In this document: piece by piece, positions 1-12,718 of the stretch
Numbering within the stretch: the first letter of the stretch is position 1
Layout: the number at the start of each line of letters is the position of its first letter
Assembly: GCA_025201805.1 (NCBI GenBank)
Contig: MU619242.1
Span: 8,764 to 56,101, forward strand
DNA length: 47,338 nucleotides
Direction: 5' to 3'
From: Parasitella parasitica NRRL 2501
Lineage: Eukaryota; Fungi; Mucoromycota
Notes under the pieces: generated by a model
Seen by the model: the letters and a program-made list of their open reading frames with translations, nothing else
What the model was told of the DNA's origin: nothing
Database searches by the model: none
Made by a program: the position numbers and the translations under genes

Positions 1-262
1 TGTCTGATTTTATTTCTATAAAGTTATACATTTTTTTGAGCAGATCATATTTATATATCCTCTGCGCATAACAACCATTAATCCACCTCTGTACATATAA
101 ACGCAAATGCGTTCTGATATAAAGCAAAATAGAGTCTAATTTAAGAGTGATCAAAACAGACATGATCAGGGCTATTTGAGCGTATCTTTATCTCCGCTAG
201 ACGGTGTGTCCATCAATAGTTAAAAACAAAGGCAGTTTTTTTTTTCATAATTAACAGACGTT

Positions 263-536
263 TGTGATGTGTCAATTTCCCAACCGGAAGTCAAACTCAA
301 GTAAACTCAATCCTGAACACAATTCAGGAACATATCCCAATGGATCATGTTCCTTATTTATAACTCAACATGACATGTTCATGGACAATATAGATACAAT
401 CTATCATTCCATTCTCTAAATCACACCATGTCTCACACTTGTATCTTATCCTCCCATCAGTCCACTTAGAATCACTAGTATATAAACCATCATTTTTTCC
501 ATGTAATAAACGAGATCTTTACCTGATTAATTCACA
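263..536 (+). repeat. Solo-LTR-like dispersed repeat, copy A
   Basis: Bounded by TGTGA (263) and TCACA (536). It has an internal TATA-like GTATATAAAC (478) and TAATAAA (504). Five collinear exact blocks are shared with 42656-42889. Confidence 0.5.
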
Positions 537-2203
537 ACCGTTTTATTTGAATAATTTCTCATTCTGATAAATCAGTTTGGCTGCTAAAATGAACCGTAGG
601 ACCGAGATCGGGCCACAAAAACATAGCAAAAAATCAGCGCTATCTAATAATTTAACATCATTTCTTTCTGTTATATCAATAACATGGCAAGGTCTCACGG
701 TAAATCATGGGTAATCATGATTTACATTATGCAGTTAGACAGTAGAACCCTAGTGTAATGAATGTGTCTATAATACATCGAGAGATGTATTATGAATAAA
801 AGTGTAATTCTTTGGCAGATTTATTTTATCAGACTTTTGACATAACACTATCGATAAATAATAATGATGTACAAAGTTATTCACAGCTCAAGTTTTCTAT
901 TATTGCAGCATGTCTTTGATGCATCTTGACCATGTCCAAAGACTTGTTTATAATCTCCACTCGACATCTGAAGACACTGACATGAGCTGAGGTATCAAAA
1001 ACTTTTAAATGCTAACCTACTCCTGTCGCAGTTCTCGAGACAAGAGGAGCAGAAAATAGGACAGGCCAAAATCGAGAATCATTTTCATTGATGAGCAACG
1101 CTATTTATGAACAGGTGTAGTAAAAGCAGCGTAATAAGAACTTACAAGCCTTAGCACTCGAGTCTCATCATGATTATATGCTATCATGAGCTAATACTAG
1201 CATGGTTGCTGCAAAAGTTTCGGCTATTTGTGACTGTCGGTCATAAACGTTTATTACTATAAACAAAGTACAATCTCGGGGTTCATTCTTTTTAAATGGT
1301 CAGAATGGCATTTATCTCTGTCATATATATCTACGCATGTTTTCTAGATACATCGTGTCTTATAATGTATGTAATCCAATGTATATGCACTGGATCATTG
1401 GCATAAGAAAGGCAAAACCTCTCCAAAGCATAAAAATACAGCCTTACATTCAGACTGATGTGCTTCAGCCTTTAAAGCGGCAGACAGCTGACAACTTTAA
1501 ACTGATGTCTCTGAGGACACAGAATTTGACTCATACTTAGACACACGTTGCATCGCTCTACTGCTCGTTCACGGGAATCGACGATATATCGGAGGCAATT
1601 TGAATGATGCTGTAATTTGTCTCAAAGTTCGGCCATATCAATGTGCAAGTATGTATATGCAAGTATGTATATGCAAAATATTCTTCTAAAAATTGTTCGG
1701 TTCGAATCAATCTTGAATCTCTTGCTTTATCAGTTTTGGGTTGGCAGCATCACATTTAAGCAACTTTGATCAATGCAAGTCAGGGCAGTTATTGAGAAAA
1801 TAGCGCAGAGTATTCAAATAAGGTCGTTTTCGACATTATACTGCTGACACACCGTACCTTTTGGCGTGCCCTGGGTCTCCAAATCAAGAGAGTCGCTTCT
1901 CATCGATGAATTACTCTTACTGTCAGGGGTAACATGATTTTTTGTTAAGCATTACGTTATAAGGACTCACAATGAGTCTGTAACATGTAACAAACACATG
2001 CATAGTCATTGCATAGTCATATTGCAAGAAATAATTTCCGTGCGTGTTTCATGAATAGCAAGAAGAGAAATACTATAACAAAAATGATATGTTAGGCAAT
2101 ACCTAGTTAACAAGGCCAAGTGGCTTCCCATCAGAAGTCTTTTATAAATTTATTAAGTATTAATGCAAATACATTGATGTTTGCGGCATAATCCCAGCTA
2201 GAT

Positions 2204-3464
2204 TCAGTCATCATCACCACCATGTTTATCACCACCAAGACAGTCCACTTGCGTCAACTGTCTTGATCTCATCTCCACAGCTGATAGTTTGCGTCCATAT
2301 ACACAGCCACTATCTACACCAATGGTTTGATTAGTGATGACAATGCCTCGAGAGGCATCATGACCATAATATACAGTTACTCGATTGTTAGTCTTTGCAG
2401 CATTGGCCTCATAGGCAGTTGTCCAGTGCTGTACATTATTATCAGGTTTTTTGTTCAATTTCAATTTAGAGGGTTGGTTATTGTCATCCATGTCTCGCAT
2501 ATTCATGACTGACCACGGATCGTTATCAACTAGATTGGAGACCAAAGGGTCTAAACCACCGTGTACCACACGTGTATTCAAATCAGGTATGTCCAAAATC
2601 AATGGGCAGCCAGCCAGATAAGTGTAATCCTCCACGTTCAAATTTCTGCAATAGTTGTTGTTGTTGTCAAACAAGGGGTTAGCATAAATTTTGCTATCAT
2701 GTCTATACGTACTTTGAAATTTCAATATGCTTATTTCCAAATTTAAGAGGATCGCCCACTTGGCCTTCAGGCATGATTTCGCCTTCTGAAGACATGGATG
2801 ATACTCCGTGTTGATATTCATACGTCTTTAAGCGGACCACTTTATCATCATGATTTCCGCGAACACATAGCGCGTTCAACTCTCTTGCTCTCTGAATGAC
2901 ACCTATGGAATCTTGTCCCCGAAAGACTAGATCGCCAGCCAAAATCAACACATCTTGACCTGGTTTAAATTGGATCTTGTCTAGCAATTGGTTCATTTCA
3001 TTGAGGCAGCCATGGATATCTCCCATAACAAAAATTCGTCCTTGAGTAGACGGATAATATATCTTGAGTCTGGTCAAATTTGACCACGGCGATACTGCAT
3101 GCGCATAAAAGGGTGGATGGAAGCTTTCTTGCTTGTCTGGTGTTATTAAAGAAGGTATGCTTCTAGTGGTGGTGTTGGTTTGCGGCACTGTTTCTGGTGT
3201 TGTAGTCGCTCTAGTGCCGCCGTCGCTTTTATTTTTGCTGATAGATGCAAAATGTATGCTTTCATCTTTAGGCTGTAGTGTGCTGTGATTACGAATAGAG
3301 ATGGGAACAGCAATTGCAATTATAATTGCGGCTACAACAGTAAATACAACAGCAGAAACTAGAAGCCATTTCCTTTTATAGAGTGGCAAATGCTTGGTGC
3401 TATCAACTGGATTAGCGTCTTCAATGTGCTGATGATACGCCTCTTTTGAATCTGGGGTTGGCAT
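2204..3464 (-). CDS. Type II membrane calcineurin-like metallophosphoesterase (ApaH/Ppn2-like, candidate endopolyphosphatase); 2 exons
   Basis: N-terminal TM helix (WLLVSAVVFTVVAAIIIAIAVPI) and motifs GDIHG, GDLVFRG, RGNHD, VHGG, YGH, GVDSG. A GT-AG intron at 2646-2712 with a GCTAAC branch site joins the two ORFs. Confidence 0.85.
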
Positions 3465-3878
3465 TTGGGGGATAGAGTCAGCGTTGGGATGGGATGGGTA
3501 TATGCTCTGTGGAGGAGAGGATTGAGCGATTCTGAAAAAATAGACAGGAAGTTGAAGAGAAGAAGAGAGGGAAATACATCAAGGATGATTCCATTTTATA
3601 CTGTACTGCCAGCTAATACTCTATTGATTTTTTTTTTTCCCTAAAAAGCAGAATTGTGTAATTAAAATGCCAACCATTTTATTTTTATTTTTATAAATGT
3701 ATATAAAATAGAGTGAGTTTTTGTGTAGTCAAACTTGATCTGTGTGCGTGTGTACAGCTGCTGGGTGATGAGTGGAGTGAGTGGTAATATTGAATGTTTG
3801 TTGCTAGTAGATATTACAAACATAATCAATGATTTTTTTATCGGATAAAAATATATTTAGGGTCAAAGAAGGATATCA

Positions 3879-5526
3879 TCAGTAGTCGTTTGTAGCATTG
3901 TGCTTGGATGCTTTGATTGATTCAGGCATTCTCATCTGATAGTCTCCATTCTGTGTGATGTATCTGACCCAAGGCAATGCTTGATAGCCACTCTTTTCAA
4001 CAATCTTTAGATATCTGACTTGAATGCCGGAAACTGTAAAGTAAGGAATTTCAAATTTGATGTTGATTGGAGGTTTCTTTTCAGTATCCTCAGCAGCTTG
4101 AACAGAAGGTAAACCAAAGTGAGCACGCATGATAAACTCTTTTCCACCTTGAAATTGCTTGATCTTCCAGACTAAGCAGGATCTCTCGGGTTTGTAAGAA
4201 ACCGACCCATTGCTACACTTGAACTTGGGCGTATCTGCATCATCAGGAACAGGAACTTCGATTTCCACATTGTTGGCAGTGCTTTTGCGCTTGAATTGTG
4301 CTTTAGCCTTGACGAGGTACTCCACACGAGATCCGGAATATGTCTCTACCACTGCTTCTACCCAAATCAGTGGTTTGACACTGGTCTGAAGACGATAGCT
4401 CATCAGTTCAAAGTCTCCATCAGGAGGAATGTAGCTGATGGTACGGTCATTCTCGAATCTGGAAAGACGGACACACTGATGAAATTTCACATCTTCCATC
4501 TCAATTGCTTTTGCAGAAGAGTTTCCTATGTATTTCCCATGTCAATTCGAATCCTTTTCCGGCTATTTTTCTTACCTCTGCCAGTTGCCTCAAACATGAC
4601 CTTATCGTTCAAACCCAAACGAAGTTCAGGCATGCCAGATAAATAGCATCTCATTTTTACAGATCCCAAAACCTCACTTCGCAGGACATTGCCATTAGAA
4701 TTAACCTAGATTTGTAAATCACATTAATGCATTCTGAAACCTACTATCTAGCCATCACTTACCAATAAGTTGACACTTTCAATAACATCTAAAAATACTT
4801 CGTTTTTCTTGTATTTGATACCCTCGGAACGCCAAGAAACTGCATTTGTAACAGCCATAGGCGGGCGCACTTGAACCTCGAGCTTATGGGCATCCTGAGT
4901 AATATATCTGCAGCATTGTAAGTTATTCTGACACCCGTGTTATTTCGCTTGTGTACATTACTCTTGCAAGATTTTTGTTTCAGTAGTTTGGGGGTAACCG
5001 AAATCCATCATTTCATCCAAAAGTTCATACACGATTACAAAATTGTCTCGGATGGATTCTTCCTCTAGCTCTTTGAAATACTCTGAAAATACTTCTGTCA
5101 GCTTGTGCAAATAAAGCATGATGGATGCGGCATTTGTGTTCTTCCGTGTGATGGCCAATACTGTCAGACAATACAATCAGTACTAGAGAGGTCGGTTGGC
5201 TACAACACACTTACAATACAGGTTACTGTGCTTGAGATACAAGTAGTTGATGCCTTCATGAGTAAAGCACGGCAAGGGGATTTGCTCGTCTTCAGCCTCA
5301 GAAATCTTTTCAAAAAAAAAATACACATAAATAAATAGGGCGAATTTCTCGATCAATATTCATTACCAAAGGCATAAACTTTTCCACTGCACTCATAGGA
5401 ATATCCCCTCTATAGTTACGAGAAATAAGGACTTTGCCTTTGAGGTCCAAGATGAAAACTAACACGCAACGTTATACCGCAAGACTTTCATCTTGTAAAC
5501 TACAAAAACTTACTTGCAGATGCCAT
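3879..5526 (-). CDS. APM1: AP-1 adaptor complex mu subunit; 7 exons
   Basis: Spliced translation reads MASAIFILDLKGKV...EESIRDNFVIVYELLDEMMDFGYPQTTE...VSWRSEGIKYKKNEVFLDV...YLSGMPELRLGLNDK...FHQCVRLSRFENDRTISYIPPDG...GYQALPWVRY, the mu1 signature. Confidence 0.95.
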
Positions 5527-5645
5527 AGCTGTCGTATATCTATCCAACGAAAAGAAAGAAAGAAGGAAGAGCAAAGCGTACACAAACACAATAATTATGT
5601 ATAACGCGGACTTGTCTGAACAAGAACGAACTGGGTTTGTTTATT

Positions 5646-6899
5646 TCAAAGTAGGTTCATAGAGCCATCCTGTATAAATATGGGCGGTAGGTGATGCTGT
5701 CTTCTGTAGTTGGCCCATCCTTCCAAAATGATCGGCTTGAATAAAGAGTTTATGTTGCATCCAGTGATGTCCAGCCACACAAGTCTAGGCAGTGATTGAA
5801 CAAGATGTTTAATACCCTCTTCATTTGTCCGACTAAGAAACGAGACCGAGATATATTTTAGCTTCTTGCAAAGACTTGCTATCAGCTGCAACGAAGCATT
5901 ATTAATTGGCCAGCATCTCACTAAATGTAGCAGCACGAGATTAGGGCAATGGCGAGCAATCGACACTGCACTATCGTCCGTCAATTGATAGATAGAATTC
6001 AGCCTCAAGTGCGTAAGCGAAGCTCCATAATACGCTGTAATGTGCTCAATCTGTTCATCTGTCATGGACACCTGAAATCCAAGATCCAAGTGTCTCAGCT
6101 TCTTATCCAATTTGTAACGACTTTCCACTCGAATCAACTCATTCATACCGGCACCTGTTGCTTTTCTTAGCAAGCTCATCCAAAGCCCTGCCACTGGCTT
6201 TCTTGCGTTTTGAGATGTGTCTTTGGCCGATGTAAGCGTTAGTAGTACGGCATCTGACAAATTCTCGCAACCAGACATGTTTAAATATTCCAATTGCGAG
6301 CAATGCTTCAAAATTATAGACGCTTGATTGTCATTTACCCTCGACAGCCATTCTGACTCCTTCTGCGTTGTGTCTATTTCCTTGTAATTTTCATGGTTGT
6401 TTGCGCTGGTATCCTCCACGTCAAGCGGCATAGGCTTACCCATGTCCTCTAAGCCCGTCATTTCAAAATCAACACGCTCCAGTCGCACGTAACCCCTCAA
6501 TGATGGCTGCAATTGATCGTCATTTTCGATAACATTGTAATTGAGGGAGCTGGTTAATTGCGATGAAATCAACCTGGGCGACGGTTTTAAGACGAGAGAG
6601 TTGACATGAGGGCCGAATTGCGCGGAAAATGCTGGGTCACTAAACGTTCTCACTAGTAGCAGCCAGTGAGGCAGTGTGCGAACGTAAAGATGTCGATACA
6701 AAACTGGCATGACCGTAGCGTACCAGATTCGATCAACACTTGCAATCAATGGCAGACTAGTTCTCGGTAAATAACTAACGATTTCTTGAACGATTTCGGG
6801 TGGGAAGTTCAACGGATGTGATGGACGGGTCCCGCGTGAGTCGTGAAGCAGAGTCAGGGGATCGTGTTGTTTATCTGTGCTGTAATAAAATATACGCAT
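5646..6899 (-). CDS. F-box / leucine-rich-repeat (RNI-like) protein, single exon
   Basis: F-box LNFPPEIVQEIVSYLP...VDRIWY followed by cysteine-containing LRRs (LEYLNMSGCENLSD, CPNLVLLHLVRCWPINN, LVWLDITGC). Confidence 0.85.
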   Translation of the reverse strand: MRIFYYSTDKQHDPLTLLHDSRGTRPSHPLNFPPEIVQEIVSYLPRTSLPLIASVDRIWYATVMPVLYRHLYVRTLPHWLLLVRTFSDPAFSAQFGPHVNSLVLKPSPRLISSQLTSSLNYNVIENDDQLQPSLRGYVRLERVDFEMTGLEDMGKPMPLDVEDTSANNHENYKEIDTTQKESEWLSRVNDNQASIILKHCSQLEYLNMSGCENLSDAVLLTLTSAKDTSQNARKPVAGLWMSLLRKATGAGMNELIRVESRYKLDKKLRHLDLGFQVSMTDEQIEHITAYYGASLTHLRLNSIYQLTDDSAVSIARHCPNLVLLHLVRCWPINNASLQLIASLCKKLKYISVSFLSRTNEEGIKHLVQSLPRLVWLDITGCNINSLFKPIILEGWANYRRQHHLPPIFIQDGSMNLL

Positions 6900-7050
6900 A
6901 GTTGATGTCTCCTAACGTAAAAAGCAGAAAAAGAAACAAGTGCTCAATGTGTGAATGTCGCAGGTTGGAGCTCAGATGTGCGGTGCACACCTCACTTTAA
7001 TAACAATAAAGACACTTTTTCCTTGTAAAAATCTAGTCGTTGTCTTCTCC

Positions 7051-9552
7051 ATGTTATCAAGTTACAGCAGTTCATTTATGAATAATTCCGTAAAAAGACC
7101 AGAATTCAAAGAAAAATTTGTTGAAATCAGTGAGGATATATTCAAGGTAGCAAATGCTAGTCGTTTACATGTAGACTATCCTAAACTTGTATATAATATA
7201 CTTTTTCTTAGGGAGCCAAGCTATACACTACTGAAGCCCAGAAAGTCGGCTTTTGGGACAACTATCTCATATTACCAGTCAATACGAAATGCATTACTCG
7301 CCTAATACAAACCAGATCCGAAGAGAGTTTACTAGATTTGAAGGACAATCTAGGCGATCTTTTTTTAGCGTGTCTCGAGAAATTAGAATTATTAGACCTT
7401 ACGTATAGTGAAAATACTCGCCAGCTTAATGCAATTGCTGTTTTAACTGCAATTATTCGAAACTTGTTTGGCAAAAAACGATTGACTCATTTCAACATCA
7501 TATCTATTCTCACTGGACTAAACAAAGCAGATGTCTTATTTTCAAAGCTGGTGAGAGTTATACAGCACCATATTCAGGAGCCGTCTACTCGTTCAGACAC
7601 ATTGCAGTTAGCTCTTGTGCTAGTGGCTGGCAGCGATAACGTAAATCAAAATGGGCTGAATGGGTATTTCATGGCAACCGACATCTCTGCCACTCTATTC
7701 AATGTGCTGGCAGAGGATTTCACAGAGACATCAAATGAAAATGATTATAGAGATGCTGTAATGCTTCTTGGAATGCTCTCGAATTACAACAAGTACGAGA
7801 GTAGAAACCCCTATTTATCCTATATTAAAAAGACAAAGCAAGCAAAACCGTTAGAGGTATACTATGTACAACTAGCGCCAACATGAACGGCCTATTGATT
7901 CACAAATAGAATATCATTTTTATGTATACAGCGACATTTACAAGCCTTAGGAGGTAGCTATAATCGCACGACACTGTTGACCAGTATGGTATTCACCGTG
8001 AACACTGCTCTAGTCGTTACATAGAATTAAACGACGATGAAGAAACATTATCAAAATCAATGGTTGCATATATGTCAAGACTGTTTTATTCCTCTGCCCC
8101 CACTGCACCATCCGAAGCAGAAAACGCGAAATCATTGTCAGCATTGTAAGGATGCATGCCTCCCATATTCACGCTACTCACATGGATACACTCTATAGAC
8201 CCTCTGCTCAAACAGCGTTACTTTTACCTCTTTTTGATTTCGTCAATGGCAACACATTTTTCATCAATACGCTAGTCAATGCGTGTTCTAAAATAGATGC
8301 AGAATCATCCAACACCTCAACACTAGCCAAGACTACCATGTTGACGTCCTTAATTTCGTTTGCATCCTATTTATTCGAACACAATCGAACCGATCGTACC
8401 AACTCCTATACTAGATTGCTTCTCACCATCCTTTTGAGACTGACCGAAGAGAATTCAATCATGAACTACATTGCTCGAGATGGTTCTGCTGCTGCTGTGC
8501 GACTCTGTCGACAAAGATCGCCCACACTGCCTCTGAATAAATCAAGTCGATCCCTGTTCTGCGCTATTTTGGATGGCATGCTTTTATTCATCAGGCACAA
8601 CATCAGAAAAAAGCTAGACTTGATCACATACAGGTAAGAAGCATAGCGGCNNNNNNNNNNNNNNNNNNNNNNNNNNNNNNNNNNNNNNNNNNNNNNNNNN
8701 NNNNNNNNNNNNNNNNNNNNNNNNNNNNNNAAAAAAAAAAAAAACATAGGCTAGCATTTTCAATTATGCATCGCATTTTAAGCTTTGTCAGCAAACAAAA
8801 AATTCGATTGGCCTACCATTGGGTTGAACTTTGGCCATCGCTAACATCGACATTGCATTTTACTGCACAACGCTTAGAGGATTTACAGCTTAAAGAGGAA
8901 TTTGGCGTGTATTTAACATCTGTAAGCCACTTTAGCAACGAATTGTGCTCAGGATGTTGTACTCAAATGGCGTTTTGATCCTGTAGTTTGTCAGTGTGTT
9001 CAACATGTGCGTCACTCACGGAGAAACATTTTTGTCAGATACCAAGAGCTATGATAGCTTATACTATGAAATTATTCGGGCAACAAATGATTTTACTAAG
9101 CTATCAGCATATGGTAGTGTGGAAGCAACATTTCAACATTTCACCGATGCTAATTGTCTTGTTTTAGTGAATCAGTCGATGAATTTAAAAGCTAGAGCTG
9201 GAGAGAGAACACCGTCTATTACACACAATGAATTTTATAATATCAAATTGATCTGTAATCACTTTAAGCCTGCTTTGGATGAATGGCAGGCAGCAAAAAA
9301 TGTTAAATTTCTTACACCTGAACAAGTCATGGGTAGGTTTCTTTTAGGATTGGAAGCAAATGGTTTTATTTACCCTTTTGCATAGCCATCATTCGCGAGA
9401 ATTATTCAACTCTACAATTGAAATCCATGGACAAGCTTGATTCCTATGTAGCATTTAATGAAGTTCCCGTAGAAATGGGTTTTTTTCGTCAATTGCTTCG
9501 AGTCGTAGTGATTGATTATTTGGAGTATTATGCAATAAAAATAGCACCATAG
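7051..9552 (+). CDS. ARMH3 / C10orf76 (DUF1741, UPF0668)-like armadillo-like helical protein; multi-exon, with an N gap in one intron
   Basis: Joined ORFs contain LLGMLSNYNKYESRNPY, VRLCRQR, RLAYHWVELW and YDSLYYEIIR. The C-terminus IIRENYSTLQLKSMDKLDSY...FFRQLLR resembles the DUF1741 family. Confidence 0.75.
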
Positions 9553-9898
9553 ATCTAATAGACACCTATGCGGCCGTCCTAAAAAACAAACTCGTTTGGT
9601 GCCATGTATAACTCACAGAACTTTTGAGGTAGCTCCAACAACTTGAAAATAGTTGAATAAAGCCGAAAACAATAGCAATAATGTCTGCCCTGAAAATTTA
9701 ATAATGCCAGTATTATAAACTATTTCTCTATAAAGTACACATTATATATATCAATGTCGAAAATCGGGCAAAAATAGCTTGATAATATGTTAAAAGACTT
9801 GAACTGAAGCTCATTGTGACAAAATCGAAAAAGTTTTTAATAAAGTATAGAGATGGAAGTTTTAAAATGCAAGTGAATAAAGAATTAGTAATCTAAAA

Positions 9899-11636
9899 TT
9901 AATGCTTGAATTGGTCCTCAGTAACGCCTTTACCCATGGCAGCTGTTGCGGACATGCCACCAGTGACAACCTTCATTAATTCATCAACAAAGTTGGCACC
10001 AGACCATTTTTGATGTTGTAAAACGTCTACGCCATGGGCTCTTTCCTCACGTTGAACATTTGAGACATAACCGTACATACCGCTTTCTTTGAAACTCTTG
10101 GCAAATGTGGCAGTGGCAAGGGCATTAGCATGAAGACCACCCAAAGTAATAAATTGCCAAACAAATCCGAGTTTGCCAAGATCTTGAATGTACGACTTCA
10201 TATTATCATCATTGAGGCCTGCAGCATCCCTGAATAAACAAATTAAAGTTAATAAACAATGCATTCTAGTATCACAAACTATCGCCTAATTTACCAGTTG
10301 AAGGAGGGAGATAGGTTGTAACATAACAATGATTCAGGGGAAGCAGCCAAGACACCCTTTGAGAATTCTTGGGCTTGTGACAAGATTGGCTTTTTGGTTT
10401 CCATCCAGAGCATATCAGCATAGCCAGCAAATGCGATAGCACGACAAGTAGCGGCCTCAGTGCCACCTTCATAACGATAGTAGCCTTCGCGAACTCTGCA
10501 GGCATCCCAATCCCAATGAATCTCAACACCATAGTCATTCTTAGCAATGGCACGAGCTTCTTCGTTAGACTTGAAGTGGACTTTCTCGAGGAATTCAGGA
10601 ACTGATTCGCCTTTACCCATTTCTGTCAACTTGTCAGCTACAGCAGTGCCGAAGCGCTTCAAACCAGCCTTGGAAACCCAGTCGTCTTCAATAGCTTGAA
10701 GTTCAGCGCCTTGAATACCTCTGGCTTCAGCCGCATACATGACAGAAGCTAACGACTTCAAATCAGGATTGGTAGAGCCAACCAAGAATTCATGATCACG
10801 AGGGTCAACGTTGCTTGTGAGCAATGTAGCAGCCTCAGCGTCAGTACGAGCAACAACGACGTTCTCTACACCCATAATATCGTATTGTGCACGGATGGCA
10901 ACCAAACGGTTGATGTGCTCAGAAATAGGTACTAATACCTTACCAGCCATGTGGCCACACTTTTTGGTACCTGGAGCTTGATCTTCAACTATTTTATACA
11001 TGTTTTTGAGTTATTATCTGCTAAAGTTGCGCGAAAACCAGTAAGCTTACCATGAATACCGGCAGCACCACGCTCAACAAACATCTTGGTCAGCTTCATA
11101 ACGGCAGTAATACCACCATGGCCAGTATCACCATCGGCAATGATAGGTCTCAAGTAATCGATGGCAGGAGTTTGGGCACGCTCTTCTGGGGTCATGGCGA
11201 GACGAGCTTCACGTTGCTTGCGATCATGGAAGAGTTGGGCAAAGAAGAGATGTTCTACCTTGTTGGGGACAGTGTCCATGGGATAGTCAGCAAGATCAGG
11301 TCCAGGTTCATTGGAAGTGGCAGCAGTGGAAGAGCATTGCCATCCAGAAACATAGACAGTGTCAAGGTGGGGAGCCATTTGAGTGACTTGAACAGGGTCC
11401 AGAGCACCAAAGGTATGAGAGGTTTCACCGGTAGCCTTATTATGTTGGAGGGTCTTCCACAACTTTTTGGCTTGAACGCTTGATCTGTATTCAACAGGAA
11501 AGTAGCCCCGCTTGGAAACAATGGATTCAGCAGTGTAAGGACGCTTGACCAACTTGAAGCGAGGAGAAGCCCACCATTGCTTGACTCTCTCAACTTCTGC
11601 TTGGAATTCTAAAAGTTCTTGGTCAGCGTGGGTCAT
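9899..11636 (-). CDS. ICL1: Isocitrate lyase; 3 exons
   Basis: Catalytic KKCGHMAGK, plus [38 protein letters not shown] and the C-terminal GKGVTEDQF. Confidence 0.97.
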
Positions 11637-12238
11637 TTTTTTATATTTTAATTTGATAGTAAATGTTTACTAGATGAGAAAACTAGCCAAAAACATGAAT
11701 TTATTTGCATGTATTTATATCTATTGATGTTTTTCATGATTCATAAATGAATGGGGGGAGGGGATTCCTCTAGGGTGATATTAAGATCATCATCCGCAAA
11801 GGGATGGTTAATTATTTATGATTTGCACAGAGGCGTATGTACTAAACTCGAATGATTTACAACAATTTGTGTGTAATAAATNNNNNNNNNNNNNNNNNNN
11901 NNNNNNNNNNNNNNNNNNNNNNNNNNNNNNNNNNNNNNNNNNNNNNNNNNNNNNNNNNNNNNNNNNNNNNNNNNNNNNNNNTTTTTTACTTACGTGGTTT
12001 TTTCCCGGGAAATGAATGAAAACAGGGTCGTGGTGGCGATGAAAAAGAACCCAGAAACTCTGGAATCCATCATTACATAATTTTCTGCTGGTATCCTGTA
12101 CTCTTGGCATTGTTATGCACAATGATATGCTCCACGCTCCTTGCAACTTGTAGGGATAAAGGTCTCCCCCCCAAGAAAAACAATACGGCCAAATTTAGAT
12201 GGAAAGTGTATTTGGAAATAAGTTGCTGCATATTGCAT

Positions 12239-12271
<33 letters not shown>

Positions 12272-12676
12272 AGGAGTTGGGTAGATGTATTCTAAAGGAG
12301 AAGAATCTGTGTAAATACATGGTGCATGCCTCTCGTTTGTGAGTGTCTTATTTTGCGGTCTTGCACTATTATTCAAAAGTTCACAAACATGGGTATTTAG
12401 TGTTTGTTTGTATATAAAAAAAGATGGCCAGAAATAGCCCAGCTATTGAAATGTACACAATTGTACACACTTTACGCATCTGCCAAAAGCGATATCCCGT
12501 TGATTCTAGAATTGGCCTTCTCTGCATATGTTTGGCATAAACAATTTGTGTTTTTTTTTGATTTTCATTTGGTATATATATACAAGTGAATATGGTCAAA
12601 CAAAGTACGGTAGAATTACATTTTGAGACACATTCAGCACTGTTTCAACTACTCCTTACAGTTTACATTGGATTCG

Positions 12677-12718
12677 ATGAGAGCAGTCCTTGCCATCATG
12701 TTGGAAAACACCCCTTAA
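12677..12718 (+). promoter_or_regulatory. 13-codon uORF (MRAVLAIMLENTP*) whose TAA overlaps the predicted Rac ATG (TAATG)
   Basis: ATG at 12677, in-frame ATG at 12698, TAA at 12716-12718, next ATG at 12718-12720. Whether it is transcribed is unknown. Confidence 0.4.

Noticed and set aside
1100-2200. Possible gene or transposon relic (67-aa ORF at 1337; 14-bp tandem at 1644)
   Set aside because: No recognisable motif or consistent splice model in the frames I examined.
9880-9910. Cryptic PTS1 by stop read-through in ICL1 and other enzymes
   Set aside because: Stop contexts are not TGA-CTA and the extensions checked do not end in SKL-like tripeptides.
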